A DNA stretch of 64,000 bases, taken from the NCBI GenBank assembly GCA_000002445.1, contig CP000068.1, positions 768,001 to 832,000 on the forward strand, in the 5' to 3' direction. A model generated the notes under the pieces. It did not search any database, was not told where the DNA came from, and saw only the letters and a list, made by a program, of their open reading frames with translations. The translations under genes were made by a program, and so were the position numbers. Shown here in pieces: positions 1 through 10,599 of the stretch. The DNA comes from Trypanosoma brucei. Taxonomy: Eukaryota. Positions within the stretch are counted from its first letter, which is position 1. The number at the start of each line of letters is the position of its first letter.

Positions 1-2
1 AA

Positions 3-3000
3 CGGGAAGGGAATGGCGAACTTATTTGTCACGGTGACCAGCGTATGCGTGACACACTTTTTGTTAGAAAAGACGAAAGTGGTGCTGAGTTGCAAACGCG
101 TTTCGATTGTGTGTTCGACCGCGACGCAACGCAGGCAAATATATTTGATACAATTGGGCCAGAAGTGCTCAACACACTCTTCAGTGGTTATAATGCCTCA
201 ATATTTGCATACGGCCAAACGGGAAGTGGGAAAACATATACCATGGAGGGGGATCACAGTAAACCGGAGCGCCTTGGAGTCACCCCACGGCTGGTACGCG
301 CTATATTTGAGCGGTTCAAGGGAAACCCAGATATTAGTCGGCCCGTATGTGAGGTGAGTTTGGTTCAAATATACCAGGAGAAAATACAGGATCTGCTAGC
401 AGGGCAGAAGCAGCTGGAAATACACATGGATCGTACAGGGCAGTATATAGCACGTGACGCTACGTGGACACGTGTCCGTAGTTTAGAAGAGAGCATGAAA
501 CTGTACAAAAAGGCTTCGGAGATGAGGACGACATCATCAACAGATATGAATCTTGTCTCATCCAGAAGTCACATGATCATGATGATGAAGCTCCAGTGGG
601 ATGAGCCGTCACTGCCGGGTTCCCACGCACAGCTGAACCTTGTTGATCTTGCGGGGTCAGAGCGTATAGCACTTTCCGGTGCCACTGGGGATCTCATGAA
701 GGAGGCTATACATATTAATAAATCTCTCAGTGCACTTGGGAATGTTGTGTCTAAACTGGTAGAGCAAGCCAAGCATAAGGGTCGTCGTGTCCATATTCCA
801 TATAAGGACAGTAAACTTACATACTTGTTGCAGTCCAGTATAGGTGGATCAAACCTCATTCATTTCATACTGGCGGTTTCATGCAGTGCGCTCTGGCGTT
901 CAGAAACCAACTCAACGATTGAATTTGGCAAGAGAGCGCTGCAACTAGTGTTGCGGCCGGTACGAAATGCTATTGATTACACGCGCTTGGCCGAGATGGA
1001 GGAAATGATTGAGCGTATGCGGTCTCACATTGCCAGTTTGGAGGAAGCCCTGCGTGACAAGAGTAGTGAGGCCGCGGAGTTCCTTAAATTAAAACAAATT
1101 CCTCAAGATGGCGATGAAGGGCCCGGGAAGTTCAGTGACAGTAGAGGTCGGAGACAACGAAAGAAGCTCAAGATGCAGACGGAACTGGCACGTATTATGG
1201 CGAATTTGCCCGAGACGTTTGATGACCTCACTTCTCACTGCGTTTTATTCCCTGAGTCGAAGGGAAGTTTTCGTGAGTTGGGGGGTTTGCAGCACCTCGT
1301 TCATTTCGTTGATCGCTCCGCCTCGACGTTTTACCGCTCCAACGCCGCGCAGACGATCGCAAGTGTCTTAGATGACAAGGGACGTGACATGTTTGTAGAA
1401 ATTGATGGTGTTGAGGCATTAACACGGCTCTTGCATATAAAGGAGGAGCGCTGTAAAGAGGCTGCTTGCGTAGCACTGGAGGCGGTATGCCGTGGTTCGT
1501 TGAAGAATAAACAAAGCCTCTCCCCAGCTGTTTACACAGAACTGGTCGACTTAATATACAGTTACCCGAATCAGCAGGTTCAAGAGGCAGCCTGTACCGC
1601 TGTCGCTACCATTGTCGACCTGTACCCGGAGGCACGCCGCACATTTGAGCGACTTGATATCGTTCCGAAACTACTTGAAACAATTCGGAACACGCCGGAG
1701 GAGGTGGTAAATCTTATAAAGTCTGCAACTAACTGTATTGGTCGCCTGTCCCATGGAGACCCCGAAATGCAGGATGTGATAGCGTCTTTCGGAGGTATTG
1801 ACCTACTTATTGATGTCTTATTCAGTAACGCAGGGACGCGCGATCATCAGGTACCCATACTCGCCTCTTACGCACTCGTGAATCTGTGCTGCAGCAATGA
1901 GCAAAATCTCGATATCGCACAGGACCATCCACGTTACGGTGAGGTTAAATTCCGTCTTCTGGAGGGTCTCGCAAGAGCATTTGGTGTTAACACGGCACGT
2001 GAAGGATTTGGTCGAGCGACAGCGCATGAAACGGGTTCACCGTTCCCGTACTATGGTGTGACAATTGTGGACAAATGGTCATTCACTTCATCTGGTGGCC
2101 GGCCGATCTTTTCTACCTTCATGGATAACCCACAGTTTTATCTCTATGTGAGCAGACCCACTGACGTCGCGTTTATGATTCAGGACGTTTTGTATGAAAC
2201 TCGTATGCTCAAAAAGAAGAAGAATAATACGGTTTATATGGGGCTTGCCCTCTTTGAAGGAGATCCCGAACTCGCCAAAGCGGGACTGAAGCAGGTAGAT
2301 TTCCACGGCCGCATGGTTGAAATTGGAAAATACACATCAAATTGTGAAAACGTCCTCCACTGCACCTTGCAGCCAAGTGAAGTACCGTACGTTGTCGTTC
2401 CCTTCACAAGCCAGCGAGGACGCCAAACAGAATTCGCACTATCCGCATTTGCAGATAGTTCCATTGAATTAACTGCAGTTCCTGAGCAGGTAGGCTGGGT
2501 CCGCACGGTGTTAGATGGTTGTTGGACAGAATTCACTGGCCGCGGTGGTGATGGATTCGATTGGCGATGCAACCCGCAAATTTCTATTCAACCGAAAGAA
2601 AACTGCCGCTGCGTGTTTGTGCTTTCGTACCTCTCACTTGATCAGCAGCGGGCCTATTCACGTGACGAGGAGGCGGAGGAGCAAAATACACGCCCCAGAT
2701 TGTACGGCCGGCTTTTCACTAACAGTAACGGTGAGAAACGGTACCTAAAGGCACTTGTTCCTCTCCCGCAGAAGTCCACATTTGTTGCTAGCAACAGTTT
2801 TGCAAGCAACAGCTATATCACAACTTCGGCTAACCTCACAGCCGGTGAATCATACACTTACATACCCTTCACAGAAACGCCTTACGAGGACACGTGGCGC
2901 CTCTCTGTTTATTGCGATACGGACGATGTCGCTATCGCCCCCATTAATGGAAGCAAGTCCGAATGGTATTGCACAACTTCTTCGGGCGAATGGGCGGGTA

Positions 3001-3953
3001 AACCCCTTTCTATTCAGTTAGACACAAAGGGAAGGATGGTTGCGGTTGCCAGCAGCCCAGGTTCGTTTCTCCGCGTGCGGCTTTTCAATGCCAAGGGAAA
3101 GAAGCTAGAGGGTATTGATGCGTACTGGAATGCGGAGGCGTCTGTGGAATACAAAAGTCAGGGAGCCGTTACCGTGCAAGTAGAGGGAATGGTACGTACG
3201 GAAAATGGCCAGGAACCGGCACGTGGCCTGAAAGTAGATGTGTTCATTTTTACGGAAAACAAGTGTACAGTCCAACATGTGGACTTTCCCGCTTCGCCAA
3301 GCAGTTTATTACATCCGACAAAAACAACACCTATAGAGCTTCTGCGCTACCCGGTTGAGGTGGTCGAAAACGACGCCCCCTTCGCCACTTTGGATCAGAC
3401 GGATGACGATGAGGAAGACGCAACCTGCGATGAAGATGATAGTTATGAAAGCAAGGAATTGGAGTTGAAAGAAACCCTTGAGAGGCGCAATACCGAGAAT
3501 GCCAAACTGTTGGACCGTATTGCCGAGCAACAGCGTGAACTGCAGGAACTGCGAATGCTTCAGAATATGCTACCCTCTAGTGCAACACATAATGAGAGTC
3601 CTGGTAGCGGTAGTCCTAACGACACGAGGATAAACAGTGGAATGAATCAAGTGAATTCAAAGAAGGATAACATATCGAGGAAAGGTGATAGGAATGGTGC
3701 CGCTGCCTCTTCAAATGGTTCTCCCGTGAGTTCGAAAGCCATATCCCCGTCTCATTTCCCACAAAGTGGTGGTGGAGGCGTTTCGCGGTCCATGAGGGAG
3801 GCAATTGAGCGATCACTAGTGACACTCAACCGCCTTGAGTGTCACACCGAACCTCCAAAAGCTGGGGAATGGGGTGCTATACGCAACGAGGTGAAGGAGC
3901 TCCGTAAGCTACTCGGCCTTGCCCTTAGCCAGGAAAGTCTTGTTAGAACTTAA
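3..3953 (+). CDS. Kinesin motor protein with central armadillo-like repeats, two calpain domain-III-like modules and a C-terminal coiled coil. The 5' end is cut off by the window edge.
   Basis: The reading frame is open from position 3 with no upstream stop, so the N-terminus lies outside the window. Kinesin motifs seen in the translation: FDxVF (RFDCVFDRD), P-loop GQTGSGKTYTMEG, switch I SSRSH, switch II DLAGSE. ARM/HEAT-like repeats follow (GGLQHLVHFVD..., GGIDLLIDVLFSN...). Two NPQ motifs (MDNPQFYLYVSRP and WRCNPQISIQP) resemble the start of calpain domain III. The C-terminus is a coiled coil (LELKETLERRNTENAKLLDRIAEQQRELQELRMLQ). This architecture matches what I recall for the T. brucei orphan kinesin KIN-E; that comparison is from memory, not a database hit. 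Confidence 0.85.
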   Translation, partial: REGNGELICHGDQRMRDTLFVRKDESGAELQTRFDCVFDRDATQANIFDTIGPEVLNTLFSGYNASIFAYGQTGSGKTYTMEGDHSKPERLGVTPRLVRAIFERFKGNPDISRPVCEVSLVQIYQEKIQDLLAGQKQLEIHMDRTGQYIARDATWTRVRSLEESMKLYKKASEMRTTSSTDMNLVSSRSHMIMMMKLQWDEPSLPGSHAQLNLVDLAGSERIALSGATGDLMKEAIHINKSLSALGNVVSKLVEQAKHKGRRVHIPYKDSKLTYLLQSSIGGSNLIHFILAVSCSALWRSETNSTIEFGKRALQLVLRPVRNAIDYTRLAEMEEMIERMRSHIASLEEALRDKSSEAAEFLKLKQIPQDGDEGPGKFSDSRGRRQRKKLKMQTELARIMANLPETFDDLTSHCVLFPESKGSFRELGGLQHLVHFVDRSASTFYRSNAAQTIASVLDDKGRDMFVEIDGVEALTRLLHIKEERCKEAACVALEAVCRGSLKNKQSLSPAVYTELVDLIYSYPNQQVQEAACTAVATIVDLYPEARRTFERLDIVPKLLETIRNTPEEVVNLIKSATNCIGRLSHGDPEMQDVIASFGGIDLLIDVLFSNAGTRDHQVPILASYALVNLCCSNEQNLDIAQDHPRYGEVKFRLLEGLARAFGVNTAREGFGRATAHETGSPFPYYGVTIVDKWSFTSSGGRPIFSTFMDNPQFYLYVSRPTDVAFMIQDVLYETRMLKKKKNNTVYMGLALFEGDPELAKAGLKQVDFHGRMVEIGKYTSNCENVLHCTLQPSEVPYVVVPFTSQRGRQTEFALSAFADSSIELTAVPEQVGWVRTVLDGCWTEFTGRGGDGFDWRCNPQISIQPKENCRCVFVLSYLSLDQQRAYSRDEEAEEQNTRPRLYGRLFTNSNGEKRYLKALVPLPQKSTFVASNSFASNSYITTSANLTAGESYTYIPFTETPYEDTWRLSVYCDTDDVAIAPINGSKSEWYCTTSSGEWAGKPLSIQLDTKGRMVAVASSPGSFLRVRLFNAKGKKLEGIDAYWNAEASVEYKSQGAVTVQVEGMVRTENGQEPARGLKVDVFIFTENKCTVQHVDFPASPSSLLHPTKTTPIELLRYPVEVVENDAPFATLDQTDDDEEDATCDEDDSYESKELELKETLERRNTENAKLLDRIAEQQRELQELRMLQNMLPSSATHNESPGSGSPNDTRINSGMNQVNSKKDNISRKGDRNGAAASSNGSPVSSKAISPSHFPQSGGGGVSRSMREAIERSLVTLNRLECHTEPPKAGEWGAIRNEVKELRKLLGLALSQESLVRT

Positions 3954-4356
3954 GGTTGGTAGAGGGATGAAGTAAACTGCGTCTCGTATATTTATTTTTT
4001 TCTGTTTTTGTTCGCGTATATAGACACAGTGGTTCACACACACACACTGACTCCGAATAAACATGCGCATCATATATATGTTTATATACGCTATGGGAAG
4101 ATGGGAAGGGTATCCGTTTGACTTAGGGTGTTTTATCTTTCGTTTTTTATATTATTTTTTTAAAAAATAGTATGTGCCAAGTGCAGGACGTTATTTCGGG
4201 GGTAATGAACGTTCTTGCGCGAAAAAAAAGTTGGGAAGGAGTAAACATTTTACATGTCACACCTCCGTCTCCGATTGTACGGCGGGGAGTGTTGTCGCCC
4301 GCATTCATTTTTCCACAGTTTTTTTTCTCTCCCGATAGAGCACAGATATACATATG

Positions 4357-4383
4357 TACATATATATATATATATATATATAT
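4357..4383. repeat. (TA)n microsatellite
   Basis: tacatatatatatatatatatatatat. Confidence 0.9.
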
Positions 4384-4916
4384 CAAAGACATATGTGTAC
4401 TGCAGCTCGCGTCGATTTGTGTACCCCACTGAAGGGAGTGTAGATAAGGTGAGTTCTTGCGTGTTTTCTTGCTGATTTATTTTAATTTGTGTGCGAGAGG
4501 ATTTACGGTAATTTTTTCGACCGCTGAAGTGGTCGTTATTCCCCTTTCTTCGTTCTTTAACCGTTCCCTCCTTTTTTTTTGCCTAACTTTCCCTTCTTCA
4601 CGAATTTCTTAAGGGGTTTCCTCATACATGCTCGCTTTTGCTGTTTTCGTATTTACATGTACGTGTATGCACATGACGCTTTCCCCTTTTTCCTCCTTTA
4701 AACCTGAAAGAGTCCGTAGGAAGAGATGAAAGAGAGTAAGGAATAATAATTGCAACAATACAGTGAAGGAAAAGGGTAGGACGGAAGGAAAAGAGAGGGG
4801 GGGGGGTGCCTAAAAAGCGAGCAAAGAGGTAGCAACTTCTTCAAGCACTTGACATGTTAACAATACTGAGGGGAGAGGAGTACATGAGGAAAGCGGAGGG
4901 GAAGAGTGTGAACGCG

Positions 4917-4939
4917 TATATATATATATATATATATAT
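4917..4939. repeat. (TA)n microsatellite
   Basis: tatatatatatatatatatatat. Confidence 0.9.
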
Positions 4940-5120
4940 TGCTAATAATGTGTTGTGGAATGTACTGGTGCATACAGTTCACTTACAACTCTCCCGTTTG
5001 CTTTTGACTTTCAACCGTTAGTTATTACCCTCGCCCAAGATGGGAAAAGTATACGTACTGGCGTGATTTTTTTGGGAGTTACAGAAAGAAACCGCGTGTA
5101 CAACCGCCGATATATTACGC

Positions 5121-5197
5121 TCTCTCTCTCTTTGTGTGTGTGTGTGTGTTTGTGATAAGCTTGTGCGTTCGTTTCTTTTCTTTTTGTTGTTGCAAAG
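5121..5197 (+). promoter_or_regulatory. Polypyrimidine tract plus AG: candidate spliced-leader trans-splice acceptor region for the NSUN gene
   Basis: tctctctctctttgtgtgtgtgtgtgtgtttgtgataagcttgtgcgttcgtttcttttctttttgttgttgcaaag. In trypanosomatids, polyY plus the first downstream AG defines the SL addition site. Confidence 0.45.
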
Positions 5198-5398
5198 GTC
5201 GTTAAGTTGCTGCGCTTTGTACTACCGCCACAGTGGCGTACGGGCTTGGGGGGAGCTACGCAACCAAAGACCCTCCGTTTTCACATTATTCACAACACTA
5301 TATTGCGGCGAAGAAATAGATAAGCGGCTGCGCACATATAGGAATATAGATATACTTAGATATATACGTTCCGTAGTCGTGTGAAATTCAAGGCGAGA

Positions 5399-8206
5399 AT
5401 GAGACACTGCCATATTATTCGGTATGATTCATTTCGGTCTGTCCGTAACGACATCGGCCATCTCTTTTCACCCTTCAAGGACGCTAAATCTCTTCAGGAA
5501 GCAATGCGTCGCCACATAATAAAGGTTCCATCGCGTTATGCAGATACACCGCGTCAGCGCATGAGTTGGTTCCGTGGTAGCATTAGTCTCATTCTCAGCG
5601 AGGCCGCCCGGCGGGGCAGTCATGCCGTGTCTCGAGCAACAATGGAATTGCTGGTGGAACAGTCAGAACAGCTACAACTGAGGGTTGTGGATCCGATGTG
5701 GGTGAAAAACGCATTCGCGACGTGCACGAATGCTGATGAAATGCGTGTGATCGAGCAAATAATTCAAAAATTCCATGATAAGCAGTGCACTGATGGTGAA
5801 ACAAAACGAGGTTTATCGCAACAACACCAGAAGGATGGTGCTCCACTACCACCAGCATTATCAAATAGTACCGGTGGCTTTGATAGTGCGGAAGGCAGTG
5901 TTTCTTTACTTGGCGACTATTCGGGGTTTGCCCTGGAGTCTCTTAGTAGGCAACGTGTGAGCAGTGTGACTGCGCCAAATACTTCGTTCTCTCGTTACTT
6001 CATTCGCCAAGGCCTCGTTGCGGATGAAGCGGAACTAATGGAACTATTTAGGGCTATGATTGGGCGTAGACCCGCAGCTTTTCGGGTACACACCTCCCAG
6101 ATGTACGGAGCCGCCACGGCGGAAATCATAAGTGGACGCCCTGGAATTGAACCACTACACTGGCTTCCAAAGGAGTGCGCTGCCTTTGTTATGCACGACT
6201 CCCCGAACGTACCGCATTCTGTGCTTCTTGCTAACCGTCAGTTGCTACATACCCTCGCCAGTGAACACCTCATTTCATTTCAGTCAACTTCAAGTATGTT
6301 GCCTGTGCTTCTTCTTGATCCCCGACCTGGAGACGCAGTTTTAGATCTCTGTGCGTCACCAGGGAACAAAACATCCCTGGTGCTTGACTACGTATCTTCA
6401 CTCAGATCCACTTCGTTACCTTCATCGAACCCACACTTTCATCACGGGTGCATTGTCGCGAACGACGTCTCACCCCCTCGGAGCCGTCAGCTGGCGCAGA
6501 GGTTACGTAATAGCAGCCCCACCGTTGCCGTCACTCAGTTTCATGGCCAGTCTTTGCCACTTGAAACTGGAGCTTCTGGAGGCAATAAATACAACAAGAT
6601 TCTCGTAGACGCACCGTGCAGTGGTGAGGGTCGCATGCAACGTGACGCCATGTCGTGGCGCATGTGGCATCCACTACGAGGATTGCAATTTATGCAAACG
6701 CAACTACGGTTGCTCCGTCGTGCGGTGAATTTGTGTTCGGTTGGGGGACACATTGTGTACTCAACGTGCACACTTAACCCTCTTGAGGATGAAGCAGTAA
6801 TCGCGGCAGTTTTACGTGATGGTGCAGTGGAGTTGGTGGAGCCTCCACGGGAATTACGGGAGAAGAGCGGTTGGCGGTTCAGCCGTGGGTTACGGCGCTG
6901 GGTTGTACCTTCTCGCGCCGGGGGGTTTCTGAATACGTTAGCTGAAGCGGAGGCAAAGGGGGAAGGCAACCCGACTACTTTGACAGATCTCTTCCCTTAC
7001 GAAGGGAACGAGAAAATTCAGTCGGCACTTGAGTCTTGCTGCTTGAGGGTGATGCCGCATTGTAATGGAGGGGCCGAAGGCTTTTTCGTTGCATTGCTGA
7101 GGAAATTACCTGTCAACCTGAATCAACTTTCGCCCACCAACCACGCCAGCAGATACGGGACCGTCAAAGTGGAAGGTACCGAGGATCCCGTGAGGGGAAA
7201 TTCATCCACAGGCGCACTTACATGTGGATCTGTATTACACACCTACGGTGTGGCCAAGCTGGCGGCGGGAAACATGTTGTTGCAAAGGCTCCTTGGCGGT
7301 TTTTTTAGCAACAATACTTGTCAGCTGGAGTTCTTTTTCTCCAAATGCAATCTTTGTGCTGCTTGGAAGGAGGGTCATGGACTCATCATCTTATCTAACG
7401 CTACGTGGTCCCATCTCGATGCAACTCCTTCTTCATTTTGCTCCAAGTCAGAGTTGTTGGAACTTGGAACAACCGTTATCGAGGCAGAAACCGGAAATTT
7501 AACTGCAGTGGGCGCATATCTTTTGCGTCCTTACGCAACATCACGTGTGCTGAAGCTCCCACTACTGCAGTTGCAATGGCTTTTGTCTAATCAGGTGTTG
7601 AAGATAAACGAGCATCAGATGGATCCAACTGTTTTGGCGCGGCGACTGGTTGCGGGTGTGGGCGGCACATCAAGTGACATTAACATGCAACAACATCAAT
7701 TAACGGTGCCTTGGGTAAGAGATATAATGAATGTTGTTGGGAAACAAGAGGGAAATTTCATCGTCTGCTACTCCCCGTCGTCGGGAGACGTTTGTGACAG
7801 CGGAAGTTTTCACAAGAGTAATGATGCCTGCGGGCTACTTTCTATCAGCATTCCCGTCATTGTGCGAAGGACACCTTCAGTAGAACTGCATTTGTCATTA
7901 TTTCATGATGCACGGCAACTCTGTAGGGCTGTGATTGGTCGTGTCCTTTCCCACAGGAAAAGAGCTGATTCACCGGATGGGGAGAAGAGCGCTCTACAAC
8001 TTGGTTCTCGTTTTAACGTGAGCGCAACTCTTGGTATTACGGACCTTGAGGGACGGCGGCTAACACCGCAAGGGCAGAAACGCAAGCTTTACAGCCCAAA
8101 CCTTTCAATATACCCCGTCACAGGGAGCGGCATGGTCGCCAGTACAGCTATCGAAGGAAATAGTGAGGGTGATCGCACAAAGGAAAAGGATTACTTCATC
8201 CTGTAG
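5399..8206 (+). CDS. NOL1/NOP2/Sun-family RNA (cytosine-5)-methyltransferase with a long C-terminal extension
   Basis: SAM-MTase motif I is VLDLCASPGNKT, motif IV is KILVDAPCSGEGR (catalytic Cys), and motif VI is GGHIVYSTCTLNPLEDEAVI (second Cys). The ORF track starts at a GTG at 5381; the first in-frame ATG is 5399 (MRHCH...). A polypyrimidine tract with AG lies upstream at about 5121-5197. Confidence 0.85.
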   Translation: MRHCHIIRYDSFRSVRNDIGHLFSPFKDAKSLQEAMRRHIIKVPSRYADTPRQRMSWFRGSISLILSEAARRGSHAVSRATMELLVEQSEQLQLRVVDPMWVKNAFATCTNADEMRVIEQIIQKFHDKQCTDGETKRGLSQQHQKDGAPLPPALSNSTGGFDSAEGSVSLLGDYSGFALESLSRQRVSSVTAPNTSFSRYFIRQGLVADEAELMELFRAMIGRRPAAFRVHTSQMYGAATAEIISGRPGIEPLHWLPKECAAFVMHDSPNVPHSVLLANRQLLHTLASEHLISFQSTSSMLPVLLLDPRPGDAVLDLCASPGNKTSLVLDYVSSLRSTSLPSSNPHFHHGCIVANDVSPPRSRQLAQRLRNSSPTVAVTQFHGQSLPLETGASGGNKYNKILVDAPCSGEGRMQRDAMSWRMWHPLRGLQFMQTQLRLLRRAVNLCSVGGHIVYSTCTLNPLEDEAVIAAVLRDGAVELVEPPRELREKSGWRFSRGLRRWVVPSRAGGFLNTLAEAEAKGEGNPTTLTDLFPYEGNEKIQSALESCCLRVMPHCNGGAEGFFVALLRKLPVNLNQLSPTNHASRYGTVKVEGTEDPVRGNSSTGALTCGSVLHTYGVAKLAAGNMLLQRLLGGFFSNNTCQLEFFFSKCNLCAAWKEGHGLIILSNATWSHLDATPSSFCSKSELLELGTTVIEAETGNLTAVGAYLLRPYATSRVLKLPLLQLQWLLSNQVLKINEHQMDPTVLARRLVAGVGGTSSDINMQQHQLTVPWVRDIMNVVGKQEGNFIVCYSPSSGDVCDSGSFHKSNDACGLLSISIPVIVRRTPSVELHLSLFHDARQLCRAVIGRVLSHRKRADSPDGEKSALQLGSRFNVSATLGITDLEGRRLTPQGQKRKLYSPNLSIYPVTGSGMVASTAIEGNSEGDRTKEKDYFIL

Positions 8207-8680
8207 AGTCACGTAAAGTGCCATTTTTCTCTACACGCTTGTGATTTTTCGAAAACCTAAATAAACAATAACTTATTGGTGGATTCCAAGACTTCTTCAA
8301 CTATTTGACTGACCCATCTGTTTCCCACTTTATTGATATATATATATATATATATTTATTTATATTTATTTATCTGCTTCTATGTCTCGCACTCCAAATA
8401 AAATTCTGTACAGTACACAAGGGAATCTTATGGAACTAGCAAACCCCGATCCATGTTTTATTCACATGCACTGTAGACACTAGTTTCACAAAGAGACGCA
8501 CAATACCTGCAACAATGTGTAGGGATCAAACGACAAAGCAGTCTGTCATTCCCACTCACAAAGGATAAGTGGAAAAGAGAGAATGAACAAAAAAAAAATA
8601 GTGTGCAGAGGTTAAACAGCAATTATTAAAAATACGAATCTCGTTAGGAATCACCCTTATTATATGAACGTAAATATATA

Positions 8681-8791
8681 AGTCATTCCTGTGGAAAGTA
8701 CTTCTTACTGAGAATCCGAAAAGGCCATTGAGGGGAAGTGCCCTGTGGAGACACTATTGCCATGTACCGAAATCGGTTACAGTGTCATGGT
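8681..8791 (+). repeat. 111-bp direct repeat, copy A, in the 5' flank of the MATE gene
   Basis: agtcattcctgtggaaagtacttcttactgagaatccgaaaaggccattgaggggaagtgccctgtggagacactattgccatgtaccgaaatcggttacagtgtcatggt. It is identical to copy B apart from 3 mismatches. Confidence 0.9.
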
Positions 8792-9027
8792 GTTGGGTGG
8801 TGCCAAGTCGTTAAAAGTTTCATGCACTTGTGCTTTTGCCCTTTACTTTTCCATGTATGCTGTAGTATCATAGGCTGAAGGCGCTAGTTAGTGCAAAGGT
8901 GAAGGGAGGCGGTTGGTGTTGTTGCGGCACCGACATATCTCATAAGGAGGTGTGTGTCGCCTCTTAGATTGGGGCGGTGAGGTAAGAAAACTGAGGGCCA
9001 CGGAAAGAGACAGGAATACAAGGACGA

Positions 9028-10599
9028 ATGCAGACACTTTCAGCCTCTTTTGCGGCTGCTGCTGGCGTGTCGCATGAAAGTCTTCCTAGGCACGTTCCCA
9101 CCCTCACGTTGCTGAAGCGCATACTTGTCTTGACTGTGAAGTTAAGCATTGCTCAGGTTGCTCAATTTTCGCTTGGAATAACTTTGCTTGCTGTTGTTGG
9201 GAAAATTGGTGTGAGGGAGTTGGGTGGCGCTTCGCTTGCGAACGGGCTAGTGAACGCCACAGTGTTTGCATTTGGTGCCGGTTTCTCTGGAGCCCTTGAA
9301 ACTAAGCTTTCCCATACATTTAGCCGTAATCCAAAGGATAAGATGTACGGTGTCTACACTCTGCGGATGCTCATAATGCTCCTCATCACATTCGTACTAC
9401 TTTCTCCGGCTATCCTTTTCTTGGACAGAGTGCTGGTGGCCATGGGACAAGATCCAGCTGTGATTGACTTCACGGGTGAGTTCTGTCGCTTGTCGATTTG
9501 GGGTAGTTTCTTCGCCATGTTGCTAGAGCTACTGCGTCGCTACTTCGCGTGCCAGCACCTTTCCACTTCCTTCTCTGTGAGTCTTGTTATTGGCGCCGTT
9601 GTGTACCCCTTTCTCCTTATTGGACTGGTTAAAGTGATGGGATTCTCTGGTGTTGCTGTTGGGTGGTCTCTTCTCATGATATGCACTACCACTGGGTTGG
9701 TGCTTTATGTTGTTGTGACTAAAAAGTATCTCGCTACCTGGGGCGGTATTGAGGATGCAATCTACCGTAATTGGGGACCCTTACTTAAGCTTGGTCTTTC
9801 ATCAATGGCTATGATGCTCAGTGAGTGGGTCGCACTGGAGATAAACAGCATCTGCGCTGGCTTTGGCACGAAAGAGGAATTAGCTGCTTTTGGCATTACT
9901 TATCAAATGTCTGGTATTTGTTGGGCCATCACCTCTGGAACATTTATTGCTGCTTCTGTGTTAGTTGGTGGAGCAATTGGTGAGGAGAGACCGATGTTTG
10001 CTCGCCGTCTCGCCATTTTGTGTTTGGGGACTTCCGTCGCTATTTCGTTATGCAATGTTGCCATTCTTCTGGCCACTCGGAACCTATACCCGCGTATTTT
10101 TACCGACGACGAGAAGGTGGTGGAGATTGTTGGTTCCTTAATGAACTATGTGTTTGTTTATCATATTTTCGATGCGTTTCAGAGCTGCATGATGGGCGTG
10201 CTGCGTGGGTGTGGAATGCAGAAGCAAGGCGCCATTGTTATCTGTCTTGTCTACTCCGTCGTTGGTGTGCCACTGGGTCTTCTACTTTTCTTTTTCACTG
10301 GTTTTGGTATACAGGCGTTGTGGCTCGGTCCCCTTGTTGGTGCCGCTGTAGTTGGCTTTCCAACGTATCTGTACATGATGATGCGTTACATTAAGTGGGA
10401 TACGCTGAAACCATCCGTGGAAGTATATGATGGTGAGTGGGAGGAGAGTGAGGAGAGCGGTGTTTTGGAGGATGTGGCAAAGGTGAATGAACCCATTGGC
10501 GCCGAAGGTGATGTAATAACTACTTTGTCCAGTAATGCCCCTACACGTGTTACGACCAACTCTACCGAGCAGGAAGATGTGAGTCGGCGACACCAGTAA
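9028..10599 (+). CDS. MATE (multidrug and toxic compound extrusion) family efflux transporter
   Basis: About 12 hydrophobic segments. The motif VLRGCGMQKQGAIVICLVYSVVGVPLGLLLFF closely matches the conserved eukaryotic MATE/SLC47 TM10-11 region (RG.G.QK.GAI.N...YY..GLP.G). It starts at ATG. Confidence 0.85.
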   Translation: MQTLSASFAAAAGVSHESLPRHVPTLTLLKRILVLTVKLSIAQVAQFSLGITLLAVVGKIGVRELGGASLANGLVNATVFAFGAGFSGALETKLSHTFSRNPKDKMYGVYTLRMLIMLLITFVLLSPAILFLDRVLVAMGQDPAVIDFTGEFCRLSIWGSFFAMLLELLRRYFACQHLSTSFSVSLVIGAVVYPFLLIGLVKVMGFSGVAVGWSLLMICTTTGLVLYVVVTKKYLATWGGIEDAIYRNWGPLLKLGLSSMAMMLSEWVALEINSICAGFGTKEELAAFGITYQMSGICWAITSGTFIAASVLVGGAIGEERPMFARRLAILCLGTSVAISLCNVAILLATRNLYPRIFTDDEKVVEIVGSLMNYVFVYHIFDAFQSCMMGVLRGCGMQKQGAIVICLVYSVVGVPLGLLLFFFTGFGIQALWLGPLVGAAVVGFPTYLYMMMRYIKWDTLKPSVEVYDGEWEESEESGVLEDVAKVNEPIGAEGDVITTLSSNAPTRVTTNSTEQEDVSRRHQ

